This document shows, piece after piece, positions 13,233 to 26,716 of a DNA stretch of 64,000 nucleotides (the first letter of the stretch is position 1; every line of letters begins with the position of its first letter). Location of the stretch: contig JALDTO010000142.1 of NCBI GenBank assembly GCA_023515725.1, forward strand, positions 372,001-436,000, written 5' to 3'. The stretch is from Amoeboaphelidium protococcarum X5 (lineage: Eukaryota > Fungi > Aphelidiomycota). Under the pieces are notes generated by a model. It saw only the letters and a program-made list of their open reading frames with translations. It had not been told where the DNA came from and did not search any database. The position numbers were made by a program, and so were the translations under genes.

Positions 13233-13884
13233 ACTGATCTTTTTAATCGTGAAGTGTTGAAGTTGACGCGGACTAAAGAGAGGAATTGATATTGAATGCA
13301 AATGCATCAAGGGGCAGTTTAGAAATCCTAATTTCAAAAAATGTGCCTCTAAGTAGATTATTTACTGTACATACATCTATTAAACTGAAACAAACGGCTT
13401 ACAATCATTTTCACAATTTAAAAGTAATGGAATTAATATCCCTAAACATCTCAGGATAAAATTGTGCAAGGAGTATATAGAATGAAACAAGATCATTTCC
13501 TTATATTATCATAATCATACACTTGCAACGTGTAATTTCAAAATTACCGTATGTATATAGCACCAAGAGAAATTTTATTGAGGGAGCTGTCTACAACAGA
13601 GTGGAAATGAATGTAACAGATATAGCAACGATTCAAAAATATGCTTGGTGCGTTAACAGCCAATCATTTTGATCACACGGACAGTCGCAGCGTTGCGCCC
13701 GCAATTCGTCTTCTCACGCGGAATTTCCCTCAGCCTGATCACGCTCTTTCTCTTTTGTTTCTCCTTACGGCAAGTCATTGGATTTGATTATAATTTGTCT
13801 CTCTCTCTCTTATCATTAAAATAATCCGGTAAAGTGACTTGAAATAATCGCAATCTAATACTGTAGTGTGAAAGTAACTAAAGA

Positions 13885-15099
13885 ATGACACAGAATATGA
13901 ACGGCAGTAATTTCTAAAGTGGGAGATAGCAGAAAGCTTATACTAGCGCTCCATCCTCATCAATTCCTATATCGCGTTAGTAGTAGCAGTAATAGCATGG
14001 ATTTCTGACATCTCATTAATCTACACAGCTGTAGCGATAATAATAACGGCTATTGTAATCGCGTCAGAATTAATTTAACCATCAATTTGGTGGCGTTGAT
14101 GGTAACGGTAATGGGAATTCTGGATTGATGCTTGGTAATCAGTAGTAGCAGTAATCGTAATTTCTCACCAGTCCTAATAATCTCATGATGCCGTAGAGTG
14201 CACCGGTTACCTTTGGCGGTGGAATGTCAAATTATGCAGCGATGCGGTAAAGTGCTGGCGGTAATTTCTCCTTTGGGTTTAATCAGTAGCAGCCATAATA
14301 GCAAATGTAGACGATCAATCCTCAAATGCTGCATGATGATCACCTATTGGATGAACTGACTGCTGACATGCTACTGAATGATGACATGTTCCCTCTTAAT
14401 CTGGATGGGCATTAGTAAAGCTAGAATGATCTTCTATCTCCAAGTAATAATCAGAATGATCTTGGCGATGACATGGATGATGGTCACTCCCCGTACTAAT
14501 CCACATCCCCTATCATATTTGGCAGTAGCAGTTTTAATCCTAGTGCACTGTCTGCTGGTAGCCAGGGATTCTAGCGAAGTGCTAGAGGTAGTGGAAGTTC
14601 TATCTCAGGTGCTGTGAACAGTGCCGATACTAAGCCTCGCGCTATCATTAGAAAGGCGCGTGCCAACTCTAATGCTCACTCTGTTAACACGAGTCAGGAG
14701 TTTGATGTTGATGTCAAACCGGGTGCTGGAAATAGCAGTAGTAATTCTCATGTTATCAGTCAATCATTCCCTGGCAGTACACTCTCTAATGATACGATCA
14801 ATGAAGATGATAGCTAGTCTGGTAGTCTGCATAAGCACATCAGCGAGCTGGAGAAGCGTAGAAGGCGGCGAGAGTCACATAACGCGGTGGAGAGGCGACG
14901 AAGAGATAATATTAATGAGCGTATTCAAGAATTATCCACCATGGTCCCTCCTCTGCCTGCGGGTGAAGATGATGGCAAGATGCATAAAGGGTCCATTTTG
15001 AAGCGATCTATTGACTACATTAGATATCTCTAACGCGAAAATGAACACCTCAGGCATAGACTCAAACGCTACGAATAGTCTTTTGGCGCCATTGAATGA
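13885..15099 (+). CDS. bHLH(-zip) transcription factor, MiT/TFE-Rtg3-like, Q-rich N-terminus
   Basis: RESHNAVERRRRDNINERIQELSTMVP...HKGSILKRSIDYIRYLQREN; polyQ tracts use mixed TAG/TAA/CAG/CAA. Confidence 0.88.
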
Positions 15100-15363
15100 C
15101 AAGAATCGAATAAATTTATAAGTGAATACTTTTTGATTCTATTTATTGTTGTTTTTTACTTCAACGATATATAGTACAGAAAATCTTATAACATTCTCGT
15201 TCTGTAAGTCGTTTCGCTCTCAGAATCTTTTAGCCGCAGAAATGCCGTGCTCTCTCGAACGATTTCTCCTTTGCTTTGAAACGCGTCCGTTATTTCCATT
15301 TCTCGCTTACGAATCTTGCGCTGAAATACTCTCTTGATAACACACACACACATCCTATTGAGA

Positions 15364-16080
15364 ATGAGTATAGTGGCAAAGCAAGTGACCGCATGTAGTA
15401 ATTAGGTGGAAGCCATCTCGCGAAATATTTATAATGGTTATGCTGAAATATTGCAAGAATTCGCCGGTGAATTGGTTGAAGGGTAGTTGTAAGATGGCTC
15501 TGTGGAGGAAGTCCGCGCTCTTATGGATGAGCTGGTATAGGCGCATTAAGAAAATACAGCTTTGTAACAATCTCTTGGTCAGTTCAAGATGAGTGAATAT
15601 GCTGAAATTATGGAGTCGACTGATGGTAGTGTATCTCAGTATATCGAGACTTTGAAGCGCATGCAGCTCGAAGAACTGAAGGAGCGAGTCGCTCGTCATC
15701 CATTTTACGTTGGACTGGAGGCTGCTATCGAGGAGGCGCGTAAGAACCTTGTCGATTCTGATGACGAGATGGATGTGGAAGAAGATGCAGATGCTGATAT
15801 GGTGGTGGCCAAGACTAAGCAAAGTACTATTTGCCCTATTTCTCAAACTACTCTTGTCAATCCACAGATGAGCACCAGGTGTGGACACACTTTCTCTCAT
15901 GATGTTATTCATGAATGGCTTAATTAGAATGCTGGCGGTTAGAAAGTATGCCCAGTTGCTGGATGTAATCATATTATATCTGCAGCTACTTTAGTCCTGA
16001 ATAAGAAGATGGTAAAGTAGTTGAAAAAGGAAGCTGCCGCCTCTAAAGGTTAGGATGATGACGTGACTGTTTTACTGTGA
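15364..16080 (+). CDS. MMS21: Smc5/6 SUMO ligase Nse2/Mms21
   Basis: Coiled N-terminus plus SP-RING CPISQTTLVNPQMSTRCGHTFS...CPVAGC. Confidence 0.85.
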
Positions 16081-16198
16081 ATATTCCCCAAAATTAATGT
16101 ATTAATGTATTAATGTTCTTTAATGAAAATAAAACTTGTCAATATAGGACCACCTTATTTAGTCATTGTATTTGTTCAATAGATCTCATTAATGATGA

Positions 16199-16651
16199 TC
16201 ATTCGTAGATCTACTTGTCAATGGAGCGCTCGTAAGCCAAAACTCCCTCTGAGAACCACAACTTGATCTCACGCTCAGCACTCTCCACAGAGTCAGAGCC
16301 ATGGACAATGTTACGGCCGACATCGATACAGAAGTCACCTCTGATGGTACCTGGCTAGGAGTCAAGAGGGTTGGTAGCACCCAACATCATACGGCCAGTC
16401 TTGACAACACCCTTGCCAGACCATACCATGGCGACAACAGGACCGCTGCTCATGTACTTGATCAGACCGGCAAAGAATCCCTTACCCTTCAGATCCTTGT
16501 AGTGCTCCTCCAACAAGTTGGCATTTGGGTGGGTCATCTTCATGGCCAGCAGTTGGAAGCCGCGGTTCTCGAATCTCTTGATGATCTCACCAACCAGTCC
16601 ACGCTGGACACCATCTGGCTTCACCATAATGTAAGTACGTTCTTGAGGCAT
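16199..16651 (-). CDS. NDK1: Nucleoside diphosphate kinase (150 aa)
   Basis: [21 protein letters not shown]...[24 protein letters not shown]; reads through TAG at 16355. Confidence 0.97.
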
Positions 16652-17318
16652 TTTGCGATGAATGTTTATAACTTGTTAGTGCAAATCTACACAGTAAAAA
16701 TCACAGAAATGTCACATCAAAACGCTAATTATAATGATCAACTTACTAGGTTCAAGTTCAGTGCAATTGTGCAATAATAGCAAATAGAGTACAATGATGA
16801 AGAGAGACTTTAGAAAACGCGCTCGCATTTGACGCGACAACATTCGCCCGATCCACTCGACGAAGAAAGGCGACGAAGTGAACGAGTATTATGATGTTTG
16901 TGAATTAAAGGCGTCAAGTAATATAGTTAACTCGGATAGTCGATGAACGCGCGAATCAGATGCACTCAATATGTAATTATTACCACATCGTTTGAAAAGG
17001 TGGACGCTTAATACATAATACGTTTCATGTGAAACCATCCAAATCGATATTTCATCATCGCTCTCTCCCATGTCGTTGTTGAACTAGCCAGTTTGCCACG
17101 CGTTCGGTTAAGGCTAAAGGATTCAAGTTGAAACGATCGCTGTTTCCGTTCCTTCAAGAGATTTCGTCGCGGCGCGCGTGGAATAGAACAACGTTGCTCT
17201 CAGTCAATTCCCTTTCTAACACACGCAGACAATAGTAGAGCTCTGCATATATTGATACTTTATCTATAGTGCATTATACATTACTTTGAAAATACTTGGA
17301 ATTTTTATTATTAGAGAT

Positions 17319-19568
17319 ATGATGGCGATGAATAAAAAGCCTGGAAATGAGTTGCCATCTAAAGAAGCGGCATTGTTCAAGTAGATTCTGGTAAGAATTT
17401 AATACTTTCATGATCTCTTATATTGACTTCTTCATATATGTATCAGTCATTTGTGTATTGTGTAGAAGCAGTATGAGCATAAATAGTACAAGAAAGGTTT
17501 GAAGAATACTGATGCTATTTTGAAAAAGTTTCCAGAGAATGGAGAGACTTTGGCCATGCGTGGACTATTCCTAAGTCATTTGGACAATAAGAAGGAAGCG
17601 TATGAGTGCGTGAAGAAGGGTCTCCGCTTCAATCTGACGTCGTCTATATGTTGGCACGTGTATGGCCTGCTGTATAGGAGCGATAAGAATTATGAAGAGG
17701 CTGTGAAGTGTTACAAGAATTCACTCAAGTACGATAAAGAGAACATTCAAGTGATGCGAGATTTTGCCTTTCTCCAAGTGCAAATGCGCGACTTTGATGG
17801 ACTGGCTGAGAGTATGCACACTCTTCTGACTCTTAAGTCTAATCAAAGAATGTATTGGATCGGGTTTGCACTTGCCAATTATTTGAAAGGTAATCAGGAG
17901 GCAACTCGTCGCGTACTAGATGCTTATGAAGGAACTGTGACGGTTAATACTGACAAACCTGATTATGAGCATTCTGAGTTTGTATTATGGAAGGCACATA
18001 TACTCTCTTAGTATGAGGACTATCCTTCAGCTATAAAGTATTTGTTGGATAATAAAAAGTTGGTTTTGGACACTATGAATTACAATAGAATTCTTGGTTA
18101 AATGTATGTCAAGTCTGAGTAGTGGACAGAAGCGGAGAGAGTGTATTTACAGTTGGTTGATAGAAATAGTGAAAGTCGGGTGTTTATAGAAGCTTTGGTG
18201 GATGTTAAACGGAAGCTGAATACGGAAGAAAGTGCATACCAGGTGCTGTGTGATCTTCAAGCGATCTACTCTAGATCTAATATGATTGCCAGACTCAAGC
18301 TATTACTCAACGACAGTACTGATTAGAAGAATTTCTAGCTGGATCTACATAATTACATTCTCAAGTATTTGCGTAAAGGTGCACCATCTCTGTTTGTTCT
18401 CATCGCACCTCTTTATGAGTCTGGCGAAACGGACGTTATTTCTATAATCGAATAGATTCTCACCGATTTGAGAGAGAACACAAGTAAAGATGAATGTCCC
18501 ACGTTTACATTATGGCTTCGGTACCTGATGGCCCATCACCATTTGAAAATGAAGTAGCCAGAGAAGGCGTTAGTCGAAATAGATGCTGCTATTGAGCATA
18601 CTCCTACTCAGGTGGAATGTTATATGCTTAAAGCTAGAGTTTTGAAGCATCTGAATAGATTAACTGAGGCTGCAGAATTTATGAATACTGCCCGACTGAT
18701 GGATTTGCAGGATAGGTTTCTGAATACCAAAGCTGTGAAATATTATCTCCGTGCAGACATGATTGATGAAGCTGAGGATTGTATCAATTTGTTTACAAAG
18801 AATGGCAACTTTGAAGAGAAGGCTATGGATCTTGTGGAGATGCAGTGCCTATGGTATATTATAGAGCGCGCAAACTCTCATCTCAGGTTAAAGTAGTATG
18901 GTTTGGCGTTGAGATATTATCACTATGTCTGCACCGTATTCGAGGAGATTTGTGATGATCAGTTTGATTTCCACGCCTATTGTCTGCGTAAACTCACTCT
19001 CTGCTCATACTCTTAGTTTTTAAAGTTTGAGGATGAGTTTTATGCTATTTAGAAGGCTTACATTCAGTGCGCTGTTGGCATATCTGAAATTATGTTGTTA
19101 AGATTGAAAGATTAATCGGGCGTCGTGGATAATTATCTTGCAGAAATACCCAGATTGGAAGAAAAGTACAATTAAAGGCTTGAGGCATCTATTGAAGCAG
19201 CCAAAGATGGCAAAAAGACTGATGTTAAATCTACTGGACCAAAGGCTGAAGATAAGTTTGGAGTGGAGCTTCTCACTTGTAAAGCACCTACTGAATTTGC
19301 TATTAAAGTTTTATCCCCTGCTCTTAAATCGGAATCAGATAGTTTTGCTCTTTACCGTGCCGCCACGCAAGTATTTATATAGGATGGAAGGTTGTTGCTG
19401 GCTGTAAAGTCGCTAAACAAGGCTACTTTAATGGCCAAGTCGGACACAGAGCAACAGATGGCTACTGATCTCAAAGCTGAAGTTAAAAATTTGATGGAAG
19501 GGTAGAAGGTGGAAGGCAAATTGTCCGCGTTAGCCTTGGATGTCTTGGGGAAGGTTAATATAGTTTGA
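17319..19568 (+). CDS. NAA15: NatA auxiliary subunit, intron 17391-17465
   Basis: LPSKEAALFKQIL|KQYEHKQYKKGLK, CWHVYGLLYRSDKNYEEA, IEHTPT, DLQDRFLNTK, DDQFDFHAYCLRK. Confidence 0.95.
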
Positions 19569-19630
19569 ACACTTGATCATGTGCATAGATTGAATGAATA
19601 TCATGCAGTTACATCTACCATATACTGTAA

Positions 19631-20245
19631 TCACATATCAATTTCATCAAATTTTGTGCAGGCATTAACCAGATGGATCGGAATATCCATCAATTCATCC
19701 ATTCTATAATCTTGATACAACTCTGCATTACCAGTCAACTCAGTAGACGACGAACTATCTTCATTCCGCTTTATAGACGCCATCCTGAGTTCTTCATCGA
19801 TATAATCACCATCATCGTCATTTTTTGAGAGTCTGTTAGATGCAGAATATGATTACTGCGAACTAGACCGTCGAGACTTGGAACTTTTAGTAAATTATCC
19901 ACTACTACAACTACTATCATACTCCCGGATAATGCTGTGACGATCGGTAAGAGTCTTATAACTGTCCAGAGGCGGCGAAGTACTGACCATATAAGCCATG
20001 GCGACGGCGACCAGAGTAAGGAGCGACACTATAAAGAAGACGGGGATAGCAATGCCCCAGTACCTGGCGACATAGTACGTGACACCATAAGCATGCAGGG
20101 TGGCCTCAGGCAGGTACGCCCACGCTAGATAAACTCCATACAACAGGAAGCTAATCAAGTAAGTACCGAATCCATAATATTCATAACTATTGTCCTAATT
20201 ATTACTTCCACCCTCTTGCTCTACTTCTTAAGAGTCGCCCTTCAT
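19631..20245 (-). CDS. PIGP: GPI-GlcNAc transferase subunit PIG-P/Gpi19
   Basis: YEYYGF..YL...YLAWAYLPEATLHAYGVTYYVARYWGIAIP...PPLDS..TLTD and C-terminal LMDIPIHLVN. Confidence 0.9.
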
Positions 20246-20381
20246 ATTAAATTGTTAATTACCGAATACTGTGAGGATATAACGGTTGTCGAAAATAGAT
20301 TGAAACAATGAATTTATCGCAAAAGATCTCGGAGAGAATGCAAAAACACCACACTGAGATAACAGTATAATAATCCATACT

Positions 20382-22097
20382 TCACGCAAACTTCTTGTTA
20401 TATTCCAATTGTTTAATGATCTAGTCCAGCTCCTCTTTCAGATCAGTCTCAAACTAATTCAACAGAGCAGGCGCGTCCTCCTCCTAAGTAAGCGGGCTAG
20501 TACGCGTGAGATCAATTAAAACGGGCATAAACTCTACAGTCCTTGATCTGGCAGAGAATTTAGGCAAAAGAGCCACATGTGACCACTTGAGATCATCGTG
20601 CTTAACTTTGTATTGCAACATTATACTTAGCGCCTCCTTTGCAACAAGCATAGGATCCTTCTAAAAAGCATCGAATTACTCACGATTCAAATAAGGAAAT
20701 TCATCCACTTCACGGTCATCCAATACTGCTGACATCGATGATGGACGCCGATTCCAACCGGATAGACCGCAGAACGTAGGCTATTGAGAAACGAATCGAA
20801 TGTGAAAGCAGAACGGCATCAGTAGTGCATATTTACCGTTAAGTACCACGACACGACATTTAGTATCCCAAACACGATTCCACAAATCAGCTTCCTACTG
20901 CAACTCCTGCAACTAATTTTCACGCTCAAAGGGAAACTTGACGACGCATAGATGGCCTCGACTTGTGCAGCAGAGAGCTACCCTCCCATCACCACCACGG
21001 TGATAGTACTTCAGGATATAAAAGTTGTTATACTGGCAACTAGGGAACTTGTACGAGAATGAAGTCAACGATTGAGGGAGTGACTCGTAAGTAAAGCTAT
21101 CCTAAGTTGCGAGAATATACTTTCTTTGAGTTTAAAGGAAACTTTAGAAAGGCACTATAGGAGTCTTACTTACTTTATAAAGCAGAGATACTAGCGCTTC
21201 TACCAGATCCACCTCAGAATGGTCATACACGCGTGATGCATAAACAGTAACTTTCCCAGAGCTGATTGAATAATCATTGGTCGTCATCATTGCAGAACTG
21301 CAAAGCTCATCATACTTCTATCTATCAGTTTCCTACGCAGCTTCATTAGTATCTTCAAACCACAAAATTCGCCACTTTTCATAAGTTGTCGTGATGCCAA
21401 AGACAAACCTGACATTGAAACTATTTCGTAAATCAACCATATAGTCCACAACTGAGAATAGCGAATCCATCGAGGACCCAGGAATCTTCACCTCACATAT
21501 ACTTGCTATATTATTATTACCAGATAATAACGAGACAACATCGACATGATGACTATGCTTCGACATAATTCGAGAGATGGAAAATGTAGTCTCGTAATCA
21601 ACATCGAGAATAGAGTCCAAGCCGGAGAGCTCCAAACAATCAATAACGGTAGCTCGTAAATAGGCCTAAATAGCTCTCTACCCACTCCAAGGTCTTAATT
21701 AGCTTGATTTAGCTTCGCCCCAAAGTAAAGAAACAGCATCTCGATTCAACTTATCACGCTTAAATTCGTGTAAAATTCCAAATTCACCAATTTTCGAAAC
21801 AATATCGATGCTATACACAGATTGAGTTCTGGTTGCACTTTAAGTGTCACATGCCCATCTATCTCCAAGAGGAGGAAGTGCATATACGGCAAGCGAACGA
21901 TACTCTGATCGAAAAAAATTGTAAATGTCAAATCCATCATGAGGACGGCGTCTTAGCCAATCATCCTTATTTCGCCTTCTCCATATGTTAATCGTAGCGT
22001 CAGGATTCTTATTGAGTTGGTCAATTAGATCTTGAGGAATAGGTTTCAATAGATTTAACAGTTTTAGCAGCTCACCAACCATGATTTTAGTCGACAT
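20382..22097 (-). CDS. Header + PD-(D/E)xK-like nuclease + atypical kinase protein, copy 1 (571 aa)
   Basis: HVDVV...ICEVKIPG...DYM...FGITTTYEKWRILW, then GGDGRV..CVVKF, E, HDDLKWSHVAL, LIDL; continuous with TAR=Gln. Confidence 0.75.
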
Positions 22098-22295
22098 TTT
22101 GATCCTTACTCTATATTCGAAGAGGTATGTAGAGGACAGTCCTGTATGAAGGAAGACATAAATTGTGGAATTTTCTCCACCAGAAATCGCGTCTTCCACT
22201 AGCTATTAAAGATAGATTGAAACGCTCTATAATTGAAATCATATTGTCACAAAAGATCGTAAGAGAAAACATAAACACCACATTAAGATACTGCA

Positions 22296-22851
22296 CTCCC
22301 ATCGGTTCGGATGGTCCAATCTTGGTCCCGGGCCAGCAGTCAGCTTACGTCTACGGTATATCGGCGGACCATGCAGTCATATCGCGGGCCGACTTAAAAT
22401 AAGATCTGACGGTCTGGCATGTGGTTCGGTCTAGACCGATCTCACAGTGAAGCCAGCCCCATGACCCAATGTTATATCAACCTTTTTCAGCGCTGATGAA
22501 AATTTTAAAAGCTACCTCATTGATTCATAATCAGATACACAGCGGGATTCTAGACCTCTGAGCATCTACTTGTGTTAACGACAACATAAATCTACAAAGG
22601 CGCCATTCGTTTCAAGTTGATTAAGCTCTTCATAATCATTCTAGTTGCGTATAAGCGTGTATTACTAGGTATAATCAATGACTCAAAATTGAATGAAGCA
22701 AAGTTACGGTACTTTAAAGTCGTATTTTACGCGTAAAATCATGGATTCTATGGCAACGCTGAGATTTCAGTTCGACCGGCCTAAACTGGTCCCTGTGTAG
22801 ACTGAACCGTTGGTCCTGGACCGAATAGCAAAATGACGGAACCGTGGGGAG
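22296..22851. mobile_element. Putative degenerate MITE (Tc1/mariner, Stowaway-like ends)
   Basis: Imperfect ~55-bp terminal inverted repeats: left CTCCCATCGGTTCGG...TTGGTCCCGGGCCAGCAGTCAG; right (reverse complement) CTCCCCACGGTTCCG...TCGGTCCAGGACCAACGGTTCAG. Right flank TA, left flank CA; no transposase ORF. Confidence 0.5.
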
Positions 22852-22885
22852 TACAAATTGAGATAATACTGATATATTTTATTCT

Positions 22886-24601
22886 TCACCATAACCTCTT
22901 GCTATATTCAAATTGTTTAATGATCTAGTCCAGCTCCTCCTTCAGATCAGACTCACATTAATTCAGCAGAGTAGACGTGTCCTCTTCCTATGTAAGCGGG
23001 CTAGTACGCGTGAGATCAATTAAAACGGGCATAAACTCTAAAGTATTTGATTTGGCAGAGAATTTAGGCAACAGAGCCACATGTGACCACTTGAGATCAT
23101 CGTGCTTAACTTTACATTTCAACATTGTACTAAGCGCCTCCTTTGCAACAAGCATAGGATCCTTCTAAAAAGCATCGAATTACTCACGATTCAAATAAGG
23201 AAATTCATCCACTTCACAATCATCCAACGCTGCTGACATCGATGATGGACGCCGATTCCAACCGGATAGACCGCAGAACGTAGGCTACTGAGATACGAAC
23301 CGTATGTGAAAGCAGAATGGCATCAAAAGAGCATATTTACCGTTGAGTACTACGACGCGACATTTAGTATCCCAAACACGATTCCACAAATCTGCTTCTT
23401 ACTACAACTCCTGCAACTAATTTTCACGCTCAAAGGGAAACTTGACGACGCATAGATGGCCCCGACTTGTGCAGCAAAGAGCTACCCTTCCGTCACCACC
23501 GCGATGATAGTACTTCAGGATATAAAAGTTGTTATACTGGCAACTGGGGAACTTGTACGAGAATGAAGTCAACGATTAAGGGAGCGACTCATAAGTAAAG
23601 CTATCCTAAGTTGCGAGAATATACTTTCTTTGAGTTTAAAGGAAACTTTAGAAAGGCACTATAGGAGTCTTACTCACCTTGTAAAGCAGAGACGCTAGCG
23701 CTTCTACCAGATCCACCTCAGAATGGTCATATACGCGTGATGCATAAACAGTAACTTTCCCAGAGCTGATTGAATAATCATTGGCCGTCATCATCGCAGA
23801 ACTGCAAAGCTCATCATACTTCTATCTATCAGTTTCCTATGCAGCTTCATTAGTATCTTCAAACCACAAAATTCGCCACTTTTCATAAGTTGTCGTGATG
23901 CCAAAGACAAACCTGACATTGAAACTATTTCTTAAATCAACCATATAGTCCACAACAGAGAATAGCGAATCCATCGAGGACCCAGGAATCTTCACATCAC
24001 ATATACTTGCGACTTGTTTGGTATCAGATAATAGCGAGATAACATCGATATGATGACTATGCTTCGACATAATTCGAGAGATGGAAAATGTTAAATCTAA
24101 TTTAATATTAAGACTAGACTTCAAGCCACCTAGCTTCAAACAGTCAATGATAGTAGCTCGTAAATAAGTCTAAATAGCTCTTTCCCCACTCCATGAGTCT
24201 AACGAACCAGATTCAGCTTCATTCCATAATGCAGAGACAGCCCTTCGATTCAACTTATTACGCGTGAAGTCATCCAAAATTCCAAAAGAACCATCTTTTA
24301 TAGCAATATCAATATTGTATACCGACTAAGTTCTGGTTGGACTTTAAGTCTCACATGCCCATCTATCTCCAAGAGGAGGTAGTGCATATACAGCAGGCGA
24401 ACGATACTGACTCTGAAAAAAATGGTAAATGTCAAATCCATCATGAGGACGGAGTCTTAGCCAGTCTTCCTTATCTCGCCTGCGCCATTTATCAATCGTT
24501 GCCCGAGGATTCTTATTGACTTGGTCAATCAGATCTTGAGGTATAGGCTCTAATCCATTTAACAGTTCAAGCAGCTCATTTTACATAATTTCAGTCGACA
24601 T
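22886..24601 (-). CDS. Header + PD-(D/E)xK-like nuclease + atypical kinase protein, copy 2 (571 aa)
   Basis: Tandem paralog of 20382-22097 with identical length (1716 nt); ICDVK instead of ICEVK. Confidence 0.75.
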
Positions 24602-24789
24602 ATTAGTACCCGTTTCTTTCTCAGAGTGCAGTGTGTACTACAGTATACGGAGTAAAAGAAGGGGAGCACATTTCTATCAAGAGACGCGTCTTCTCGCCTT
24701 TTGTTCTTTTGCCTGAAAGAAAGAATTCTGAAACGAAAAATTATAGAAAACTCAGTCAGCCAGTTAAAGACATCATCATCATTATTAAT

Positions 24790-25584
24790 ATGCAGGGAAT
24801 TAAATTATCGGAAAAGTCTTCATTGATTACCAAGGAGTAGGAGCTGGTGGAGGCTACTATAAAGGTGCTCAGGTAGCATTATGAAAGGTCAATTGAGGAT
24901 TTGAAGCGATTGGAGTAGATGAAAAAGAGAGCCTTGGATGATCCTGAGGCGTACATTAACACTCATCTATTGAAGACGTTACCTCTTGGGGATGGTGATG
25001 AAGACATTGCGGTAGAGTGTAAGCGGATTAAAGAGAGGCGCGATTTTGCTGTGCGCAATTATGGAATTCATGAGGTGAATTGGAAGGAGATTCATTGCCG
25101 CGGTGTCAGAATTCCAGAGGGTGTATACTCTAACAGCCTTATAGATTCAGCATAGAATCACTCTATCGATCCTGTGCTGCGTCCACTTGGTGAGAAGCGG
25201 CGCCCATTTAATGAAAAGGTGTCTAATGCTCTGCGTAAATATGGAGGCGAATCGGCTAGTAATGGTCAGCGAAATTTTAGTCAGATACCCCTGTCCGCCA
25301 GCACTTCAATTGATAGCATCCCTGGTCTAGTTGATTCTAGGTACAACTCGCCGCGTATTCCAGAGCATGATGAAGATAATAGTTACGTTAAAGATGGTCT
25401 TTATTCCGCCACTACTGCGCCGCAATCAGCAGCGAAATCATCACAGTAAGCTGGTAAATTGCAGTAGAGTGTGCGGCGACGATCGCGAGCGAATTTGGCG
25501 CGCCTTGCCAGTCTTTCTGACAATGACGATGACGACGATCAAGAATAGGGCGATGAAGACATTGAATTCAATGGCTAGCACTGA
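24790..25584 (+). CDS. Hypothetical protein (264 aa), coiled N-terminus and acidic tail
   Basis: Continuous frame joining track ORFs 24919 and 25174; RSIEDLKRLEQMKKRALDDPEAYIN weakly resembles the ZZZ3-type coiled segment. Confidence 0.6.
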
Positions 25585-26716
25585 TGCAGCGTTGCGTCTG
25601 TCTTAACAATATCATAGTTTGAAATGTTTTAATAATAATTATCGTTGTGTATATCGACCGATTCTCTTTACATCTTCATAGAAGCGGCGCTTGCATAGTA
25701 ACACCGGCCGTAAGTATAGCTTTGGCGGAAGTCAAGTGGCGAAAGTATTTGATAGTGCGCTGGTAAAGCGGCATAAAATTATGGCTGCCACTACGCCCGG
25801 TCTAGTAGATAGAGCACGTAAGGCTGACAAGTATTTGAGACGAGAAGTATCGGAACGATTGTTGGATAGATTATACGATTTCAAGGCTGATTATCGACAA
25901 TTTACTCGAGTACTAGATTTTGGCTCCGGATCTGGATTTTTTAAATCGCTTGTTGATTAGGAGGATATTTATCATGAAGATTTTGGAGTAAAAGAATTGG
26001 TTTAATACGATTTAGATGCTGCTATACTGGAACGCGACTCTGATATCTCGAGTGGGAATAAGTCCATTATTAATGTGACTGGAGAGATGGATGGTGTGCG
26101 CCTGCCGTTTAAGGAAAATGAATTTAATCTAATCGTGAGCTCAATGTCAATGCACTGGATTAATGATATACCGGGAACTTTAAATGAGCTGTACCGAGTT
26201 CTGAAGCCAAACTGTCCTCTGTTGATTGCAATGCCTGGAAATGACACGCTGTATGAGCTGCGATCGTCACTGATATTGGCCGAGCAGGAGCGACACGGAT
26301 TCATTGGACCTTCGCGCATATCTCCAATGATGAAAAGTTCTGACTTGGCTGGTCTATTGGGACATAGCGGTGCTAACTTTTAAGTTGTCACTGTGGATGT
26401 TGATGAACTGACGATATTGTACCCGGACGTGTTTGAGCTTATGCGCGATCTCCAAGCGATGGGCGAGAGTAATGCATCAATTCTATCCGGCGGTCAACCT
26501 ATGTCAAAGGAAGTCTTACTGGCTCTTGATCCTGTATACAAGGCAATGTATGGAACATAATTGGACGCCGTTTAGAATGAAGGTGATATTAAAGCGGAAG
26601 ACGACCTCATTCCGGCCACGTATTCTATAATTTATGCAATCGGTTGGAAAGATGGAGAAAATGTGCCAAAACCAGCCGAACGCGGCTCAGCGACAAAGTC
26701 ACTAAAGGACATATGA
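25571..26716 (+). CDS. NDUFAF5: Complex I assembly factor NDUFAF5 (SAM-dependent fold)
   Basis: VFD...YLRREVSERLLDRL, VLDFGSGSG, SSMSMHWINDIPG, TLYELRSSLILAEQER, RISP, DLQAMGESNA, IGWK...PAERGSA. Start uncertain; nearest in-frame ATG is 25571. Confidence 0.9.
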
